Part shown: in pieces, positions 40,601 through 50,225 of the stretch
Numbering within the stretch: the first letter of the stretch is position 1
Layout of the letters: the number at the start of each line of letters is the position of its first letter
Assembly: GCA_963718615.1 (NCBI GenBank)
Contig: OY970368.1
Location: 4,992,001-5,056,000 of the forward strand
Source of the DNA: an uncultured cyanobacterium
GTDB taxonomy: Bacteria > Cyanobacteriota > Cyanobacteriia > PCC-9006 > JAAUQQ01
DNA length: 64,000 bases
Reading direction: 5' to 3'
Made by a program: the position numbers and the translations under genes
Notes under the pieces: generated by a model
The model's database searches: none
What the model saw: the letters and a program-made list of their open reading frames with translations, nothing else
Told to the model about the DNA's origin: nothing

Positions 40601-42635
40601 CTTCGTGGGAGGCTTGGACCCAGTCCTTTTGCGATCGCGTCGCCAGAAATGTCACCTCGGGCTCCAAATCCGGGGGCAGCGGCATAACGACCCCCCCACT
40701 GGCCACCAACCGAGATTCGATCAAGGTTTCGAGCATTGCCGCCAGTTCTTCTCCCCGTGGCGTTGGACCAATGCCCAGGTCCAACTTCGAGACCATGCGT
40801 AGGGAATCCGGTGCCCCATCACCGAGCTGCGTCAGTGCCAGAAAAATCCGCTGGACAAGGCTTTGCTCGGAAGGGGAAAGATCGCTCAGAAGCTGAGTTG
40901 CCTGGTGAACTAACAGCCCTCGAATACCGCCCAGCTCCGCATAGGTCTTCAGGCGAAAAATGCGATCGGGCGTCGAGCCCGCTTGGGCCTCCCAGATGGA
41001 GTGCAGGACCAACTGCACCAAGGCCATCCGCGCTGGCGAAGTGGCGATATCGGCGAGGACCACCGCTGGTAATAGTGCTTCACACTGCCATCCCACCCGT
41101 TGGAGGGGTTTGACAATGGCAGCCTCTAGGGCGGGGCCACTGAGGGGATCGACGGTAATCAGTTGGGAGGGACCTTGGTGGAGCAGTTCGGTGATGGGAT
41201 AACAGGCCTCCCAATAATCGGACCGCACGGCGATCGCCACCCGCACCCAGTCCGACTCCTCCTGTAACAGCGTCACCAAATTTGCCACCACATGTTGACG
41301 GATCATCTCCATATCCCGATCCGTGGAAGGCTGGAGCAGCGCTTCAAAGGGATCGAGAACCAGCAATAGCTTTACCCGACTAGCCATCCAACCGCTGGGC
41401 CGTAGCGTCCGCACCAGTTGCAACAGCCCCCGCGTATCCGAGGCCAGCAACAAACTATTGCGACGCATTTGTTCGCCCCGCTCCCACTCAGTGGTCTGGG
41501 CATCGACGAAGGCCGCAGCCAGATCGAGCAGGGGTTGATTGTGTTGACCCAGATGCACGGACTTGAGTAACCAAGGGGTCTGGGTTTGTCGCTGGAGTGC
41601 AGGTAGTAGACCCGCTTGAATCAGCGACGTTTTGCCGCTACTGGCTCCCCCCACAATGGAGACCAAACTGTGATTAAACAAGGCTTCCAGCAGCGTTTGC
41701 ACCAGCTCATCCCGCCCCGTAAAGGCATAGGCTTGTTCTAGGCTAAAGGCATGCAGCCCAGGAAACGGACAAGGGGGAAAAGCCGGTGACGGAGGCGGAG
41801 CGGATGGCGGAACTGATTGGGACGCGGCTGGGGACACGGCTGGGGACGCGGCTTGCGCTGAGTCCGGAAAAGCCGAGTCAGGAATCGTTTTCGCACCGGA
41901 TGGAGCAGCCAAAACCCGAGCACGGGTCAAAACGATTTCGCCGCCTGAATTTTCAAAGAGCGGCTGCTGCAACTCGCCCTTCAGTTGTGTGCTAACCCAG
42001 TCTGTCAAGGCATAATTGGTAACACAACCCGCCATCAGTCGCTGGGGCACAAGACCTTCCAACAGGGCTTCCGTCAGCACACTATACTCACTTTGCAAAG
42101 ACTCATAGGCCGCTTCATACTCCCGCGAAGCCGCCATCAAAAAGCGCGAAGTGCCGGGTTGAGCCCCCGGATCCACCTCGGAAAAATTCAGCAATGCCCC
42201 ACTGTGACAACAATCCAGCCAAATCACCCGCTGCCGCACCGGGCTCTCCTGCAACAGTCGCCGCAGCCAAAACAGCGACAGACCATAGAGGCTCTGCTCG
42301 GGATTGACATCGCTCGTGGCCAGATAGCCCTCATGGATGCCCTGTTCCTTCTGCAACCCATGACCCGAAAAATAGAACAACGCCGTGTCCGGGACCGTCG
42401 GCCCCTTGGGCTTAAACAGTTTGACCAGCGCGGTTTCCAATTGCTGGACGGTGAGCGGGGTTCGTTGGCCGATTTTGGGCTGGCCCGCTTGAATGATTTC
42501 CGGCAGCCGTTGCACCCGAAAATCGCCGTCTTGACTCAGTCGTTGGGCGATCGCCTCTGCATCCCGAGCCGGTGCGCCCAAGCTGGGCAAGACCTGATAG
42601 TGGTTCAAACCGACCACCAGGGCATCTCTTGACAT
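37611..42635 (-). CDS. caspase-like peptidase C14 + STAND-like NTPase + WD40 repeat protein
   Basis: RDALVVG, YFSGHG, LDCCHSG; CPFPGLHAF, GGASSGKTS, HEALIRDWPDLRQWL; many WD repeats; ATG at 42635. Confidence 0.88.
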   Translation of the reverse strand: MSRDALVVGLNHYQVLPSLGAPARDAEAIAQRLSQDGDFRVQRLPEIIQAGQPKIGQRTPLTVQQLETALVKLFKPKGPTVPDTALFYFSGHGLQKEQGIHEGYLATSDVNPEQSLYGLSLFWLRRLLQESPVRQRVIWLDCCHSGALLNFSEVDPGAQPGTSRFLMAASREYEAAYESLQSEYSVLTEALLEGLVPQRLMAGCVTNYALTDWVSTQLKGELQQPLFENSGGEIVLTRARVLAAPSGAKTIPDSAFPDSAQAASPAVSPAASQSVPPSAPPPSPAFPPCPFPGLHAFSLEQAYAFTGRDELVQTLLEALFNHSLVSIVGGASSGKTSLIQAGLLPALQRQTQTPWLLKSVHLGQHNQPLLDLAAAFVDAQTTEWERGEQMRRNSLLLASDTRGLLQLVRTLRPSGWMASRVKLLLVLDPFEALLQPSTDRDMEMIRQHVVANLVTLLQEESDWVRVAIAVRSDYWEACYPITELLHQGPSQLITVDPLSGPALEAAIVKPLQRVGWQCEALLPAVVLADIATSPARMALVQLVLHSIWEAQAGSTPDRIFRLKTYAELGGIRGLLVHQATQLLSDLSPSEQSLVQRIFLALTQLGDGAPDSLRMVSKLDLGIGPTPRGEELAAMLETLIESRLVASGGVVMPLPPDLEPEVTFLATRSQKDWVQASHEALIRDWPDLRQWLKTDRDRLTQQRWIEAAAKEWCDRNELFSGEGWLQGTKLRAAEAYLRNHPEDLSSIAQHYIHLSQKENQKLRHSSRLLQVGLPSALTATLFAVVHQYWSGSHPPAAQTLPSRQAAQKILANDEADPTPALLLSRWTMPPSPEQVLDPASDQLLREALRSMQLRAEYKTRTAPRSLQWSSQQPLIAGIDPMGQAYFWKVGPILDQQQSARIQQKLVWPQEPAATRASRLMQSLLAQPAMASAGSLQTTRNVGVGPDLQRFAFVDTSSRPVAEVRITGLSLSPTGDQLAAMTPDRPEIAIWSLPSGQVKQVLTDLPIPPEQILYSPTQPRLAAIAGRLVYLWDTEGTKPRFLGTLDHDTPVEQMQFSEDGRYLLTSGGDRRLRLWDLETGIQELELSASTPITQIRLSPKLGPQTGAIAAVGHNGTLYLWDRATGELRHQLRVTASLQIQTGQPQQLDFSTDGSQVISVQGNRAWLWDAATGELQNLLQLTEGADVPLVRLKGDRTQLLAIQPHAAQLWDLKTGHRQAVLREADEASDLLDARFSPDGNTLVTVNARHLQFWDAQPGYELPPLHTEGIRQGFAQVFPRASVEPILEPMAAASSQSEAQPAPVPDRLLAPLRWLGLQPRQPFQVRSTRPTGLEFLLLDSAGQLNRWNIPQGFQQETAVLDIEPHSPIQLADWTGDFQTVATAHANGDIQVWDLRRAEILVTDLDPLDATVNPNLDPDLESQGTTDSAPSSPALQTLELSPEGRSLLAIDRHQQLHLWDTDSGQQALWPQALGAIASAQFSHDGRRLLTVSPTGTVTLWAVKTGKQLHRFELPGIAIAHLDPSGKTLAATFSDGALTLIDLKTGQTQSLGQGPEPGAKMSPIRDLAFSPEGQQLATGHRDGTVRLWSIKTGQITLLETPLETPQDVTEGIVQVTYSPDGQFIAAVNTEGTVAFWAATAKSLRKLARDRSFRQLTPQECLDYLQLSAADCPRLPLQGDP

Positions 42636-43027
42636 AGCACAATGCTTGAATGAATTGGACTGAATCCGGTCGCCTGGGGTATTGGGACAAAAGGGGATGG
42701 ACAAGTTGCCCATCCCACTTGATCAACACCTCGACGATGCACCCTAAGCTGGCCCCAAAACTGGAGCCTGCACCCTGAATTGGCGATGCAACCTTGGACG
42801 AAGAAAGCTGGCTAGGAATTATGCATCGCCGGAATCGCCCTCTAGAGACGCTTCTCTTGCTTTCTTCGCTGGCCGCAGATGCGTTTTCTTGCAGCCTTGT
42901 GGTTGTTAAAGTAACCAAGGAAAGGGGGAGTGTAAAAAGGGTGTCGCTCCTCGCGTAAGGCCACGGAAGCCCCATCCTCTCTTGCTTTTCAGCCCTCAAA
43001 ACTTCCGTGGATTCACCCTCGTCGACG

Positions 43028-44614
43028 TTATTTCTGTAGGGGGATTTGGGATGCGATCACCCGCTGCTGCCTCCACGCCCCAATCCACCGCCGCCAGCCC
43101 CAGCCAAGGCACCAACCCAAGCCCACCACCCCCAGGGAAAAGAGCCAAATCCTCAAACGAAAGCCTTGACCGAATTGCATGATGGCTTCGAGCAGCAGGG
43201 TGGGCACGATCGCCCCCAACAGCCCCAGGGCGATCGCCCAGGACGTGGAAATGTTGCGGTTCAAATCGCGGTTTTGCGATCCATAGCCCTGGATTAATTG
43301 TAGCCAGTAATTCAAACCCCAGCCCCAGGGAATGAGCCAGATGAAGTAATACATCCCTCGCAAGCCCAAGCCTCCAGGGGTCACGCGCAGGCGGCTGAGG
43401 CGATGGGGTAAAACATATTCAAACAGGGTTAGATCTGGAGTTAAGCGGAGGCTTCGAGACAGTTTTTGGCCATCACAAAAGATATCGAGGACATGGCCTT
43501 GATAGCGAATCACAAGATGATGAAAAGCCAAATCTTGGAAAACATTGGGAACTCGCAGCACCGGCCATAAATCTCCCTGTTGTCGGGTCACAGGCGTGCG
43601 CAATCGCAGGATCAAATCTCGATTCAATTGGCCCACCCAGAAATTAGAATTCCAGGCATTCTCGGCCATAGAAAAAATCACCGCAGGACCCTCTTGCTCT
43701 AGGGATTGAGTGGCGATGACCGCACTCCAGGTAAATTCTGAATGGGTTCGGAGCGATCGCACAATCCGTCGTGATTCCCCTAAGGTCGTCAACGGCGGCA
43801 GATCCTGCCCCCCTTGGAGCGGCACAGGGGGCTGGAGTTGCAGAAGCACCTCGGGCAGATGGGATTGTATCTGGTCTAACTGGGTGGGATTGGGATCGGT
43901 TAAATGTTTTAGCTGGGCATCAGAGAGGGCGCGATCGCTCCAGACAAGCGCTGCCACTTCCCCCGCCCAAGGGCGATCGCCCCGACCCGCATGGCCCACC
44001 TGGACCGGAAAATCTTCGTTCCAATTAATCAAGCGAGCCAGACGATGGAGCTTGGCCGTCGTGCCCAAACAGAGCAACAGCCAAATGCACAGAACGATGG
44101 CCCATACCCGAGGGGTTTGGAGCCGCTGCTGCAACCGCCAGAGCCAGCGGGGGCGGGTCTCTCGACTCAAGGCATTCCAGAGGAATCCTCCCAGTAAGCC
44201 TCCGAAGCCATTGAATCTCACATCGCTAAAACTGCTGGTTCGGCTGGGCATCAAGGCTTGAAGCCCCTCGACCCCCAACGACAACAACACACTCAACCCC
44301 AGACTGAGTCCCAGGCGTTGCAGGCGATCGCGGCGGGAGGCGACCACAGTGCGGGAACGATCGCGCCCTCCCAATCCAGCCAAGGCCCAACCCCAGGGGA
44401 TAAACAGCAAGATATTGCTAATGCGATCGCCCGTATAGCTGGCGGAGGTGAAGAATTCCTGTAAGGCCAAGGGCAACGGCTTGAGGGCAGCCCCCTGAAA
44501 ATTAAAGGGATAGAGGGTTGCCACCCCAATCACGACCAAACTCACCCCTAAACAAATCCGAGCGGCTCGGTGGGCCAGCGAGCGATGGAATCGCGATTGA
44601 TTGAAGGGCGACAT
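43028..44614 (-). CDS. VanZ-family membrane protein with LamG/ConA-like domain
   Basis: TLYPFNF, NILLFIPWG, EGLQALMPSRTSSFSDV; soluble middle with QEGPAVIFS, LILRLRTP, HHLVIRY. Confidence 0.75.
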   Translation of the reverse strand: MSPFNQSRFHRSLAHRAARICLGVSLVVIGVATLYPFNFQGAALKPLPLALQEFFTSASYTGDRISNILLFIPWGWALAGLGGRDRSRTVVASRRDRLQRLGLSLGLSVLLSLGVEGLQALMPSRTSSFSDVRFNGFGGLLGGFLWNALSRETRPRWLWRLQQRLQTPRVWAIVLCIWLLLCLGTTAKLHRLARLINWNEDFPVQVGHAGRGDRPWAGEVAALVWSDRALSDAQLKHLTDPNPTQLDQIQSHLPEVLLQLQPPVPLQGGQDLPPLTTLGESRRIVRSLRTHSEFTWSAVIATQSLEQEGPAVIFSMAENAWNSNFWVGQLNRDLILRLRTPVTRQQGDLWPVLRVPNVFQDLAFHHLVIRYQGHVLDIFCDGQKLSRSLRLTPDLTLFEYVLPHRLSRLRVTPGGLGLRGMYYFIWLIPWGWGLNYWLQLIQGYGSQNRDLNRNISTSWAIALGLLGAIVPTLLLEAIMQFGQGFRLRIWLFSLGVVGLGWCLGWGWRRWIGAWRQQRVIASQIPLQK

Positions 44615-44829
44615 GGGTGTGTCTTGATAATCCCAAGGAAAGTGATAATCCCAAGGAAGGTGATGAAGGAATAGTGATTAAAGTAACATCTTCCTCGGCA
44701 AAACTATAGGTCGCCCGCGTGCCCGCCCGATCCCCTGCCGGATCCTTCATTCGAATCCCTCCCCCCAAAAGAACGACCCAGGCCCTAACCACCCATAATG
44801 GAAAGGGTGTTATTTGACCTCCTGCTTTC

Positions 44830-45585
44830 ATGTTTGGTTCGATGCTTGATTTGATATTTGGCTCGATGGATGTCCAGCGTTTTGTCCAGCGTTTTGTAAG
44901 GCATTTTGCACGGTATTTAGTACGGTATTGGGTGAAGCCGGTTGTGGCGATCGCCCTCTGTGGGGCGATCGCGTCCTGCAGCAACTCCGGACCCGCCCTA
45001 GGGGAGCCGACTCAATCCCCTCCTCAAATCCGCACTCAATCTTCCGCCCCAGGATCTGCCAAGGCCACCTTTGCCGGGGGCTGTTTCTGGTGCATGGAGC
45101 AACCGTTTGATCAGTTACCGGGGGTAATCTCCACCACCTCGGGCTACACGGGGGGAACACAGCCCAATCCGACGTACAAACAAGTGTCCTCCGGCACCAC
45201 CGGCCATACGGAATCGGTCCGGGTGGAGTACAACCCGGCTCAAGTCAGTTATGAGACCCTGCTCCAGACCTATTGGCACAATATCGATCCGCTGGATGCC
45301 AAGGGACAGTTCTGCGACAAGGGCAATCAGTATCGATCGGCGATTTTCTACGAAACCCCTAAGCAAAAAAAGTTAGCGCAAACCTCCAAACAAGCCCTGG
45401 AAAAATCCGGTCAATTCCAGCAACCCATTGCCACAGAAATTGTCGCGGCCAGCACATTTTATCCAGCGGAGGATTACCACCAGAATTTCTATCAAACCCA
45501 TACGGCTAAATATAAGTTCTATCGGTTGGGTTGCGGTCGCGATCGCCGTCTTCAGCAGGTTTGGGGAGACGCTGCGGGTCACTAA
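44830..45585 (+). CDS. msrA: peptide-methionine (S)-S-oxide reductase, probably an exported lipoprotein (start uncertain)
   Basis: FAGGCFWCME, GYTGG, GHTESV, FYPAEDYHQ; IAS-C lipobox-like signal. Confidence 0.95.
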   Translation: MFGSMLDLIFGSMDVQRFVQRFVRHFARYLVRYWVKPVVAIALCGAIASCSNSGPALGEPTQSPPQIRTQSSAPGSAKATFAGGCFWCMEQPFDQLPGVISTTSGYTGGTQPNPTYKQVSSGTTGHTESVRVEYNPAQVSYETLLQTYWHNIDPLDAKGQFCDKGNQYRSAIFYETPKQKKLAQTSKQALEKSGQFQQPIATEIVAASTFYPAEDYHQNFYQTHTAKYKFYRLGCGRDRRLQQVWGDAAGH

Positions 45586-45599
45586 GACCGTCAATTTCT

Positions 45600-46067
45600 A
45601 TGAAGAAACAGGACTCTTCCCTGCCCTTGATTGGCTGGCGTGAATGGGTGGCACTGCCGCAGTTGGGCATCTCCCGTATCAAAGTCAAAGTGGACACAGG
45701 GGCTCGATCTTCGGCGCTCCATGCCTATGAGATTAAAAGCTTTAAGCGCAGCGGCAAAGCGATGGTTCGATTTAAGGTCCATCCGCTGCAAAACAACAGT
45801 AGTAAACTCGTTACCGTCGAAGCTGAGCTGATTGACGAGCGTTCCGTGCGCAGTTCCATTGGCAAAGCCCAACTCCGTCCGGTCATCCGCACACCGATTA
45901 TTTTGGCGGGCAAGCTTTGGCCGATTGAACTCACCCTCACCAACCGCGATGCCATGGGGTTTCGGATGCTCCTAGGCCGTCAAGCGGTCCGCAAACGGTT
46001 TCTGATTGATCCCGGTCATTCCTTCGTCCAAGGCACCAAGCCGATCGCGCCCTGCGCCGAATCCTAG
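45600..46067 (+). CDS. RimK-associated retropepsin-like protease (RimB-like)
   Basis: IGWREWV, KVDTGARSSALHA, LTNRDAMGFRMLLGR; directly upstream of rimK. Confidence 0.9.
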   Translation: MKKQDSSLPLIGWREWVALPQLGISRIKVKVDTGARSSALHAYEIKSFKRSGKAMVRFKVHPLQNNSSKLVTVEAELIDERSVRSSIGKAQLRPVIRTPIILAGKLWPIELTLTNRDAMGFRMLLGRQAVRKRFLIDPGHSFVQGTKPIAPCAES

Positions 46068-46088
46068 CCCCCTCCGCTTGACCTCGCC

Positions 46089-46991
46089 ATGAAAATTGCC
46101 ATTCTCTCCCGCGATGCTACGCTCTACTCCACCCTGCGCCTCAAGGAAGCCGGGGAACAACGGGGCCATGAAGTCCGCATCATCGACCACATGCGCTGCT
46201 ACATGGACATCACCTCCCAATCGCCCAAACTGCTGTATCAAGGCAAACCACTCGATCAAATTGAGGCAGTGATCCCTCGGATTGGGGCATCGAAGACCTT
46301 TTACGGCACGGCGGTGGTGCGACAGTTTGAGGTGATGGGGGTGTTTGTGGCCAATGACTCCCAGGCGATCGCCCGCTCCCGCGACAAACTGCGCTGTCTA
46401 CAGATTCTCTCGAAGCAGGGTCTAGGGCTACCGGTGACGGGATTTGCCCACTCCACCAAGGATATTGACGGTTTGATTGACCTGGTGGGCGGAGCACCGC
46501 TGGTGATTAAGCTCCTAGAGGGCACCCAGGGGATCGGCGTAGTCCTGGCAGAAACGCGCCAGGCGGCCAAGTCTGTGATCGAAGCCTTTCGGGGATTGGA
46601 TGCCAATATTTTGGTGCAAGAATTTATTAAGGAAGCGGGGGGGGCCGATATTCGCTGTCTGGTGATTGGGGACAAAGTGGTCACCGCCATGCAGCGCCAG
46701 GGGGCACCGGGAGAATTTCGCTCCAATGTCCATCGGGGGGGATCCACCAGCCAGGTGCGGCTGTCCCCGGAGGAACGCAGCACAGCGATTCAGGCCGCCA
46801 AGGCCATGGGGCTGAAGGTAGCCGGGGTGGATATTCTGCGCTCCCATCGCGGCCCTTTGATTATGGAGGTCAACTCCTCACCAGGACTAGAAGGCATCGA
46901 GAAGGCCACGGGCGTTGATGTGGCGGGCCGAATTATTGAGTTTGTCGAGCGGAACACAGGCCGTCGAAAGCGCAGCCTGTCGAAGCATTAG
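46089..46991 (+). CDS. rimK: alpha-L-glutamate ligase RimK
   Basis: [46 protein letters not shown]. Confidence 0.96.
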   Translation: MKIAILSRDATLYSTLRLKEAGEQRGHEVRIIDHMRCYMDITSQSPKLLYQGKPLDQIEAVIPRIGASKTFYGTAVVRQFEVMGVFVANDSQAIARSRDKLRCLQILSKQGLGLPVTGFAHSTKDIDGLIDLVGGAPLVIKLLEGTQGIGVVLAETRQAAKSVIEAFRGLDANILVQEFIKEAGGADIRCLVIGDKVVTAMQRQGAPGEFRSNVHRGGSTSQVRLSPEERSTAIQAAKAMGLKVAGVDILRSHRGPLIMEVNSSPGLEGIEKATGVDVAGRIIEFVERNTGRRKRSLSKH

Positions 46992-46999
46992 GAAGCATT

Positions 47000-47398
47000 T
47001 CAAGGGGCAGCCCGCCGTTTGGTCACCGTTTCAAAAAAGATTTTGCGGGCCGGTGCCATCATCTCATCGGGCATTGCTTCTAGAAAGCCTTTGATGGCTT
47101 CCGGATCCCGCAGATCGACCTCGGCGGAGGCCGTCAGCAAAAACAGCCAGATAATATGCCGTCCCCAGAGGTCTTCGATCGGATCCTGCAAAAACTGCTC
47201 ATCCAATTCTTCGGCGTACTTGGCCGCAACCCAAGCCAACAGCGGAGCTAATTGTTGCTGATTCAAACTGATTCTCCTAAGGGTGTTCTCTAAAATTATA
47301 TTTTCTAGGTTCAACACCCATGAGCTTTGAAGGCCTGCTGGTTCAAATTGTCCTCTTTTCCTGTTTGGCGATGCTGATTCAGGCTCGGCAGATTGCAC
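47000..47398 (-). CDS. hypothetical protein (true start probably downstream of 47398)
   Basis: ORF fills the gap between rimK and the rhomboid gene; its 5' part overlaps the rhomboid gene. Confidence 0.45.
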   Translation of the reverse strand: MQSAEPESASPNRKRGQFEPAGLQSSWVLNLENIILENTLRRISLNQQQLAPLLAWVAAKYAEELDEQFLQDPIEDLWGRHIIWLFLLTASAEVDLRDPEAIKGFLEAMPDEMMAPARKIFFETVTKRRAAP

Positions 47399-48912
47399 GG
47401 GGGTATGGGATCGCGGCGGTGTTCAATCTAGCCCTACTCCTAGCCCTACTTTGGCAGTTTCCCCACTGGGCCGGTTGGTTGAGTGGCACGGTGTGGGCTA
47501 TGACGTTTTTGTTGCCGCTGCTGGTCTCGGCTCGACTGCGGTTCTTGATGCTGCGAGAAGAGTATCAAGGGGCGGCTCGGCTGGTGCGCCGTTGGCCTTG
47601 GCTGGGGCCGTGGGGCGGGTATTTTGCTCAACCGGCGCTGGTGGAGGGATTGGCCATTGCCCAAGCCGGTGATCTCGAAACTGCATTGCAACACTTAGGG
47701 CGCGATCGCAATCAACCCGGATCCCCAGGCCAGATCGCCAACACGATTTTCTATCAGCTCTCGGCCCAGTGGCCAGAATTGCTGGCTTGGATGCAGATTA
47801 ACTTTACGGAATCTCAGTGGACACAGGTGCCTATCCTCGTAGCGATCGCCCATGTCCGTGCCCTAGGAGAAACCCACCACCGGGAAGCCATGGTCCGGGC
47901 CTTTGCCAAGCTCAATCAAACGGAGGCGTTCCAGCGCGATCGCGATTCCCTCAACCATCTGCGGATGATCGTTGCCGCGTTCTGTGGCAAAACAATTTTG
48001 GTTCAGCAACTGCTCTCGACGACCCTGAAACTTTCGGAACCCTCACAGCAGTTTTGGCGGGCAACGGCGTTGCTGGCCCAGAAGCATCAGGCGGAGAGAA
48101 GACAGGGGAGCCAGCAGTTGGAGACGCTACAACAATCCGGGAGCGGGATTTGGCAGGGGGCGATCGCCTACCGACTCCAGCATCCTCCTCCGGCCACCAC
48201 CGCGTCCCTCTCCCCCTCAGCTGCTCAAATCCTGCAACAGCTTGAAACTGAGGTCCAAAACGACCTCAAGGCCGGTCCTCTGCCCTTTGCTCGGCAACAG
48301 CAGCGAGCTTGGCTGACCTATGGGCTGATCGGTTTGAATTGCGCTGTTTTTCTCGCTGAAATTGGGGCCGAAATTGGGGCCAAAATTGGGGCCGAATGGG
48401 TCAGTCCATTCCTAGGCTCCTCCTACACCACAACATTGTTTTTATCGGGTGCATTGGTCCCGAGTCGAGTCCTGGCGGGGGAGTGGTGGCGGCTGGGCAG
48501 CGCTATCTTTTTACATGCCAACTTTGTGCATTTATTTTCTAATATGCTAGGGCTGTTTTTCTATGGTTCTTTTGTAGAGTCGCGATTGGGGGGGCTAAAA
48601 CTGGGGTTCGTTTATGGGATCGCAGGCATCGGCTCCATGGTCGGCATGATGGCAGTCGCGCTCATCCAGGGGGAACCGGAGTTGTATGGCATCGGAGCGT
48701 CGGGAGCGGTGATGGGCTTGTTAGGGGTGATGGTGGCGATCGGTCTCAAGGGATGGCAAGCCTCGAAGTCGGTGTTGGCGGGGCGAAATTTGCGATTACT
48801 GGTAATTTTGATTGTGCTACAAACCCTGTCAGATTTCGCAATTCCCCAGGTCAGCGCGTCGGCGCATTTATCGGGGTTGGCGATCGGTTTTTTACTGGGA
48901 TTGAGTTTGTAG
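47320..48912 (+). CDS. rhomboid family intramembrane serine protease with long N-terminal region
   Basis: EWWRL, FLHANFVHLFSNM, GASGAV, AHLSGL. Confidence 0.92.
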   Translation: MSFEGLLVQIVLFSCLAMLIQARQIARGYGIAAVFNLALLLALLWQFPHWAGWLSGTVWAMTFLLPLLVSARLRFLMLREEYQGAARLVRRWPWLGPWGGYFAQPALVEGLAIAQAGDLETALQHLGRDRNQPGSPGQIANTIFYQLSAQWPELLAWMQINFTESQWTQVPILVAIAHVRALGETHHREAMVRAFAKLNQTEAFQRDRDSLNHLRMIVAAFCGKTILVQQLLSTTLKLSEPSQQFWRATALLAQKHQAERRQGSQQLETLQQSGSGIWQGAIAYRLQHPPPATTASLSPSAAQILQQLETEVQNDLKAGPLPFARQQQRAWLTYGLIGLNCAVFLAEIGAEIGAKIGAEWVSPFLGSSYTTTLFLSGALVPSRVLAGEWWRLGSAIFLHANFVHLFSNMLGLFFYGSFVESRLGGLKLGFVYGIAGIGSMVGMMAVALIQGEPELYGIGASGAVMGLLGVMVAIGLKGWQASKSVLAGRNLRLLVILIVLQTLSDFAIPQVSASAHLSGLAIGFLLGLSL

Positions 48913-48936
48913 GGACGAACCGCAATTCGTCCCTAC
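48909..48936. repeat. GTAG-type REP-like palindrome
   Basis: GTAGGGACGAA-CCGCAA-TTCGTCCCTAC overlapping the rhomboid stop codon, between convergent genes. Confidence 0.7.
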
Positions 48937-48957
48937 AGCGCGATGGCCCATCGCAAC

Positions 48958-49422
48958 TTAACCGAGGGCTTGTTCGATGGTGGCGTTTAGATCCGCATCA
49001 TCGGGTGTAGTTTGGGGCTCAAAGCGAGCGACAACCTGGCCATCACGTCCCACAACAAATTTGCCAAAGTTCCAAGCAATATCGGGACCCTCACCCACCA
49101 AAAACTGATACAGCGGGCTGCGATCGGGGCCGTTAACATCCTGCTTTTCGAGCAGCGTGAACTCGACATCGTACTTGGTTTTGGTGAAGTCTTTGATCTC
49201 TTCTGGGGTACCGGGTTCCTGTCCCCCAAACTGGTTGCAGGGGACGCCAACGATGACGAGACCGCGATCGCTATATTTCTGGTCTAGCTCCACGAGGCCA
49301 TCGTATTGCTTGGTGAGACCGCACTTACTCGCAACGTTGACAAAGAGAACAACTTTATTTTCCAGGGTTTCGGGAGACAGCGGTGCACCGTCGAGGGTTG
49401 AGAGGTTAGTGGGTAGGGACAT
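48958..49422 (-). CDS. glutathione peroxidase family protein (Cys-type)
   Basis: VNVASKCGLT, PCNQFGGQEPG, WNFGKF. Confidence 0.95.
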   Translation of the reverse strand: MSLPTNLSTLDGAPLSPETLENKVVLFVNVASKCGLTKQYDGLVELDQKYSDRGLVIVGVPCNQFGGQEPGTPEEIKDFTKTKYDVEFTLLEKQDVNGPDRSPLYQFLVGEGPDIAWNFGKFVVGRDGQVVARFEPQTTPDDADLNATIEQALG

Positions 49423-49607
49423 GGTGATCTATGTTCAGTCTTTACAACGACTCCATTATCAGTCATTCATCCAAGTGTTTCAAACCCATTAAAAACAATC
49501 CTTAAAAACAATCCTACAGATAGAAGCGAATCCCTCGGCTCTTTCTATAGGCTGAATTGGAAAACTGTGGCGACAAAGCGAAAGCGCAAGATTAGCCATC
49601 AGAATTA

Positions 49608-50126
49608 ATGAGGACAATAGAAATGTTTAATGGTTGGTCTTCTCTCGCCCATACCGTCTGGGTTGGTAGTCTGGCATATGTCATTATCATCTTCTTATTG
49701 CGAATCTCCGGGAAACGAACGCTCTCAAAGTGGAACTCGTTTGATTTCGTGGTTACGATCGCCTTTGGGTCAATTCTAGCTTCGTTGTTATTATCAAAAG
49801 AAACCTCCTTATTTCAAGGAGTCTTGGGATTTGGCCTGCTGATTCTCTACCAGTTTGTGTTGACTTGGAGTGCCGCGCGATCGCCATGGATCCAGAACCT
49901 CATCAAAGCAAAGCCAACGCTACTTTTATACAAGGGACAGTTTTGCCAAAAGGCGCTAAAGAATCAACGGGTGACTGAGGGAGAAGTTCTAGCGGCCATT
50001 CGTGGACAAGGCGTTGATGATGAGCATCAGATTGGAGCTGTGGTTTTAGAAACGGATGGCAGTTTCAGCATCATCAAAACGCTTACCCCTACTTCTTCTG
50101 CGCTGAGAGATGTAGAGGGATTTTGA
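49608..50126 (+). CDS. DUF421/YetF family membrane protein
   Basis: RISGKRTLSKWNSFDFVVTIAFGS, AVVLETDGSFSII. Confidence 0.9.
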   Translation: MRTIEMFNGWSSLAHTVWVGSLAYVIIIFLLRISGKRTLSKWNSFDFVVTIAFGSILASLLLSKETSLFQGVLGFGLLILYQFVLTWSAARSPWIQNLIKAKPTLLLYKGQFCQKALKNQRVTEGEVLAAIRGQGVDDEHQIGAVVLETDGSFSIIKTLTPTSSALRDVEGF

Positions 50127-50225
50127 GAACTGTATCTAAACCTGTATCTAAACACTGTATCTCAATTGCATTTAGACAGCGTCTATAAGACCAATCAATG
50201 TGAATCTCTTTCTCAGGATTCTAGG

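Noticed and set aside
48958-49422. Selenocysteine in the glutathione peroxidase
   Set aside because: The active-site codon is TGC (Cys) and there is no in-frame TGA.
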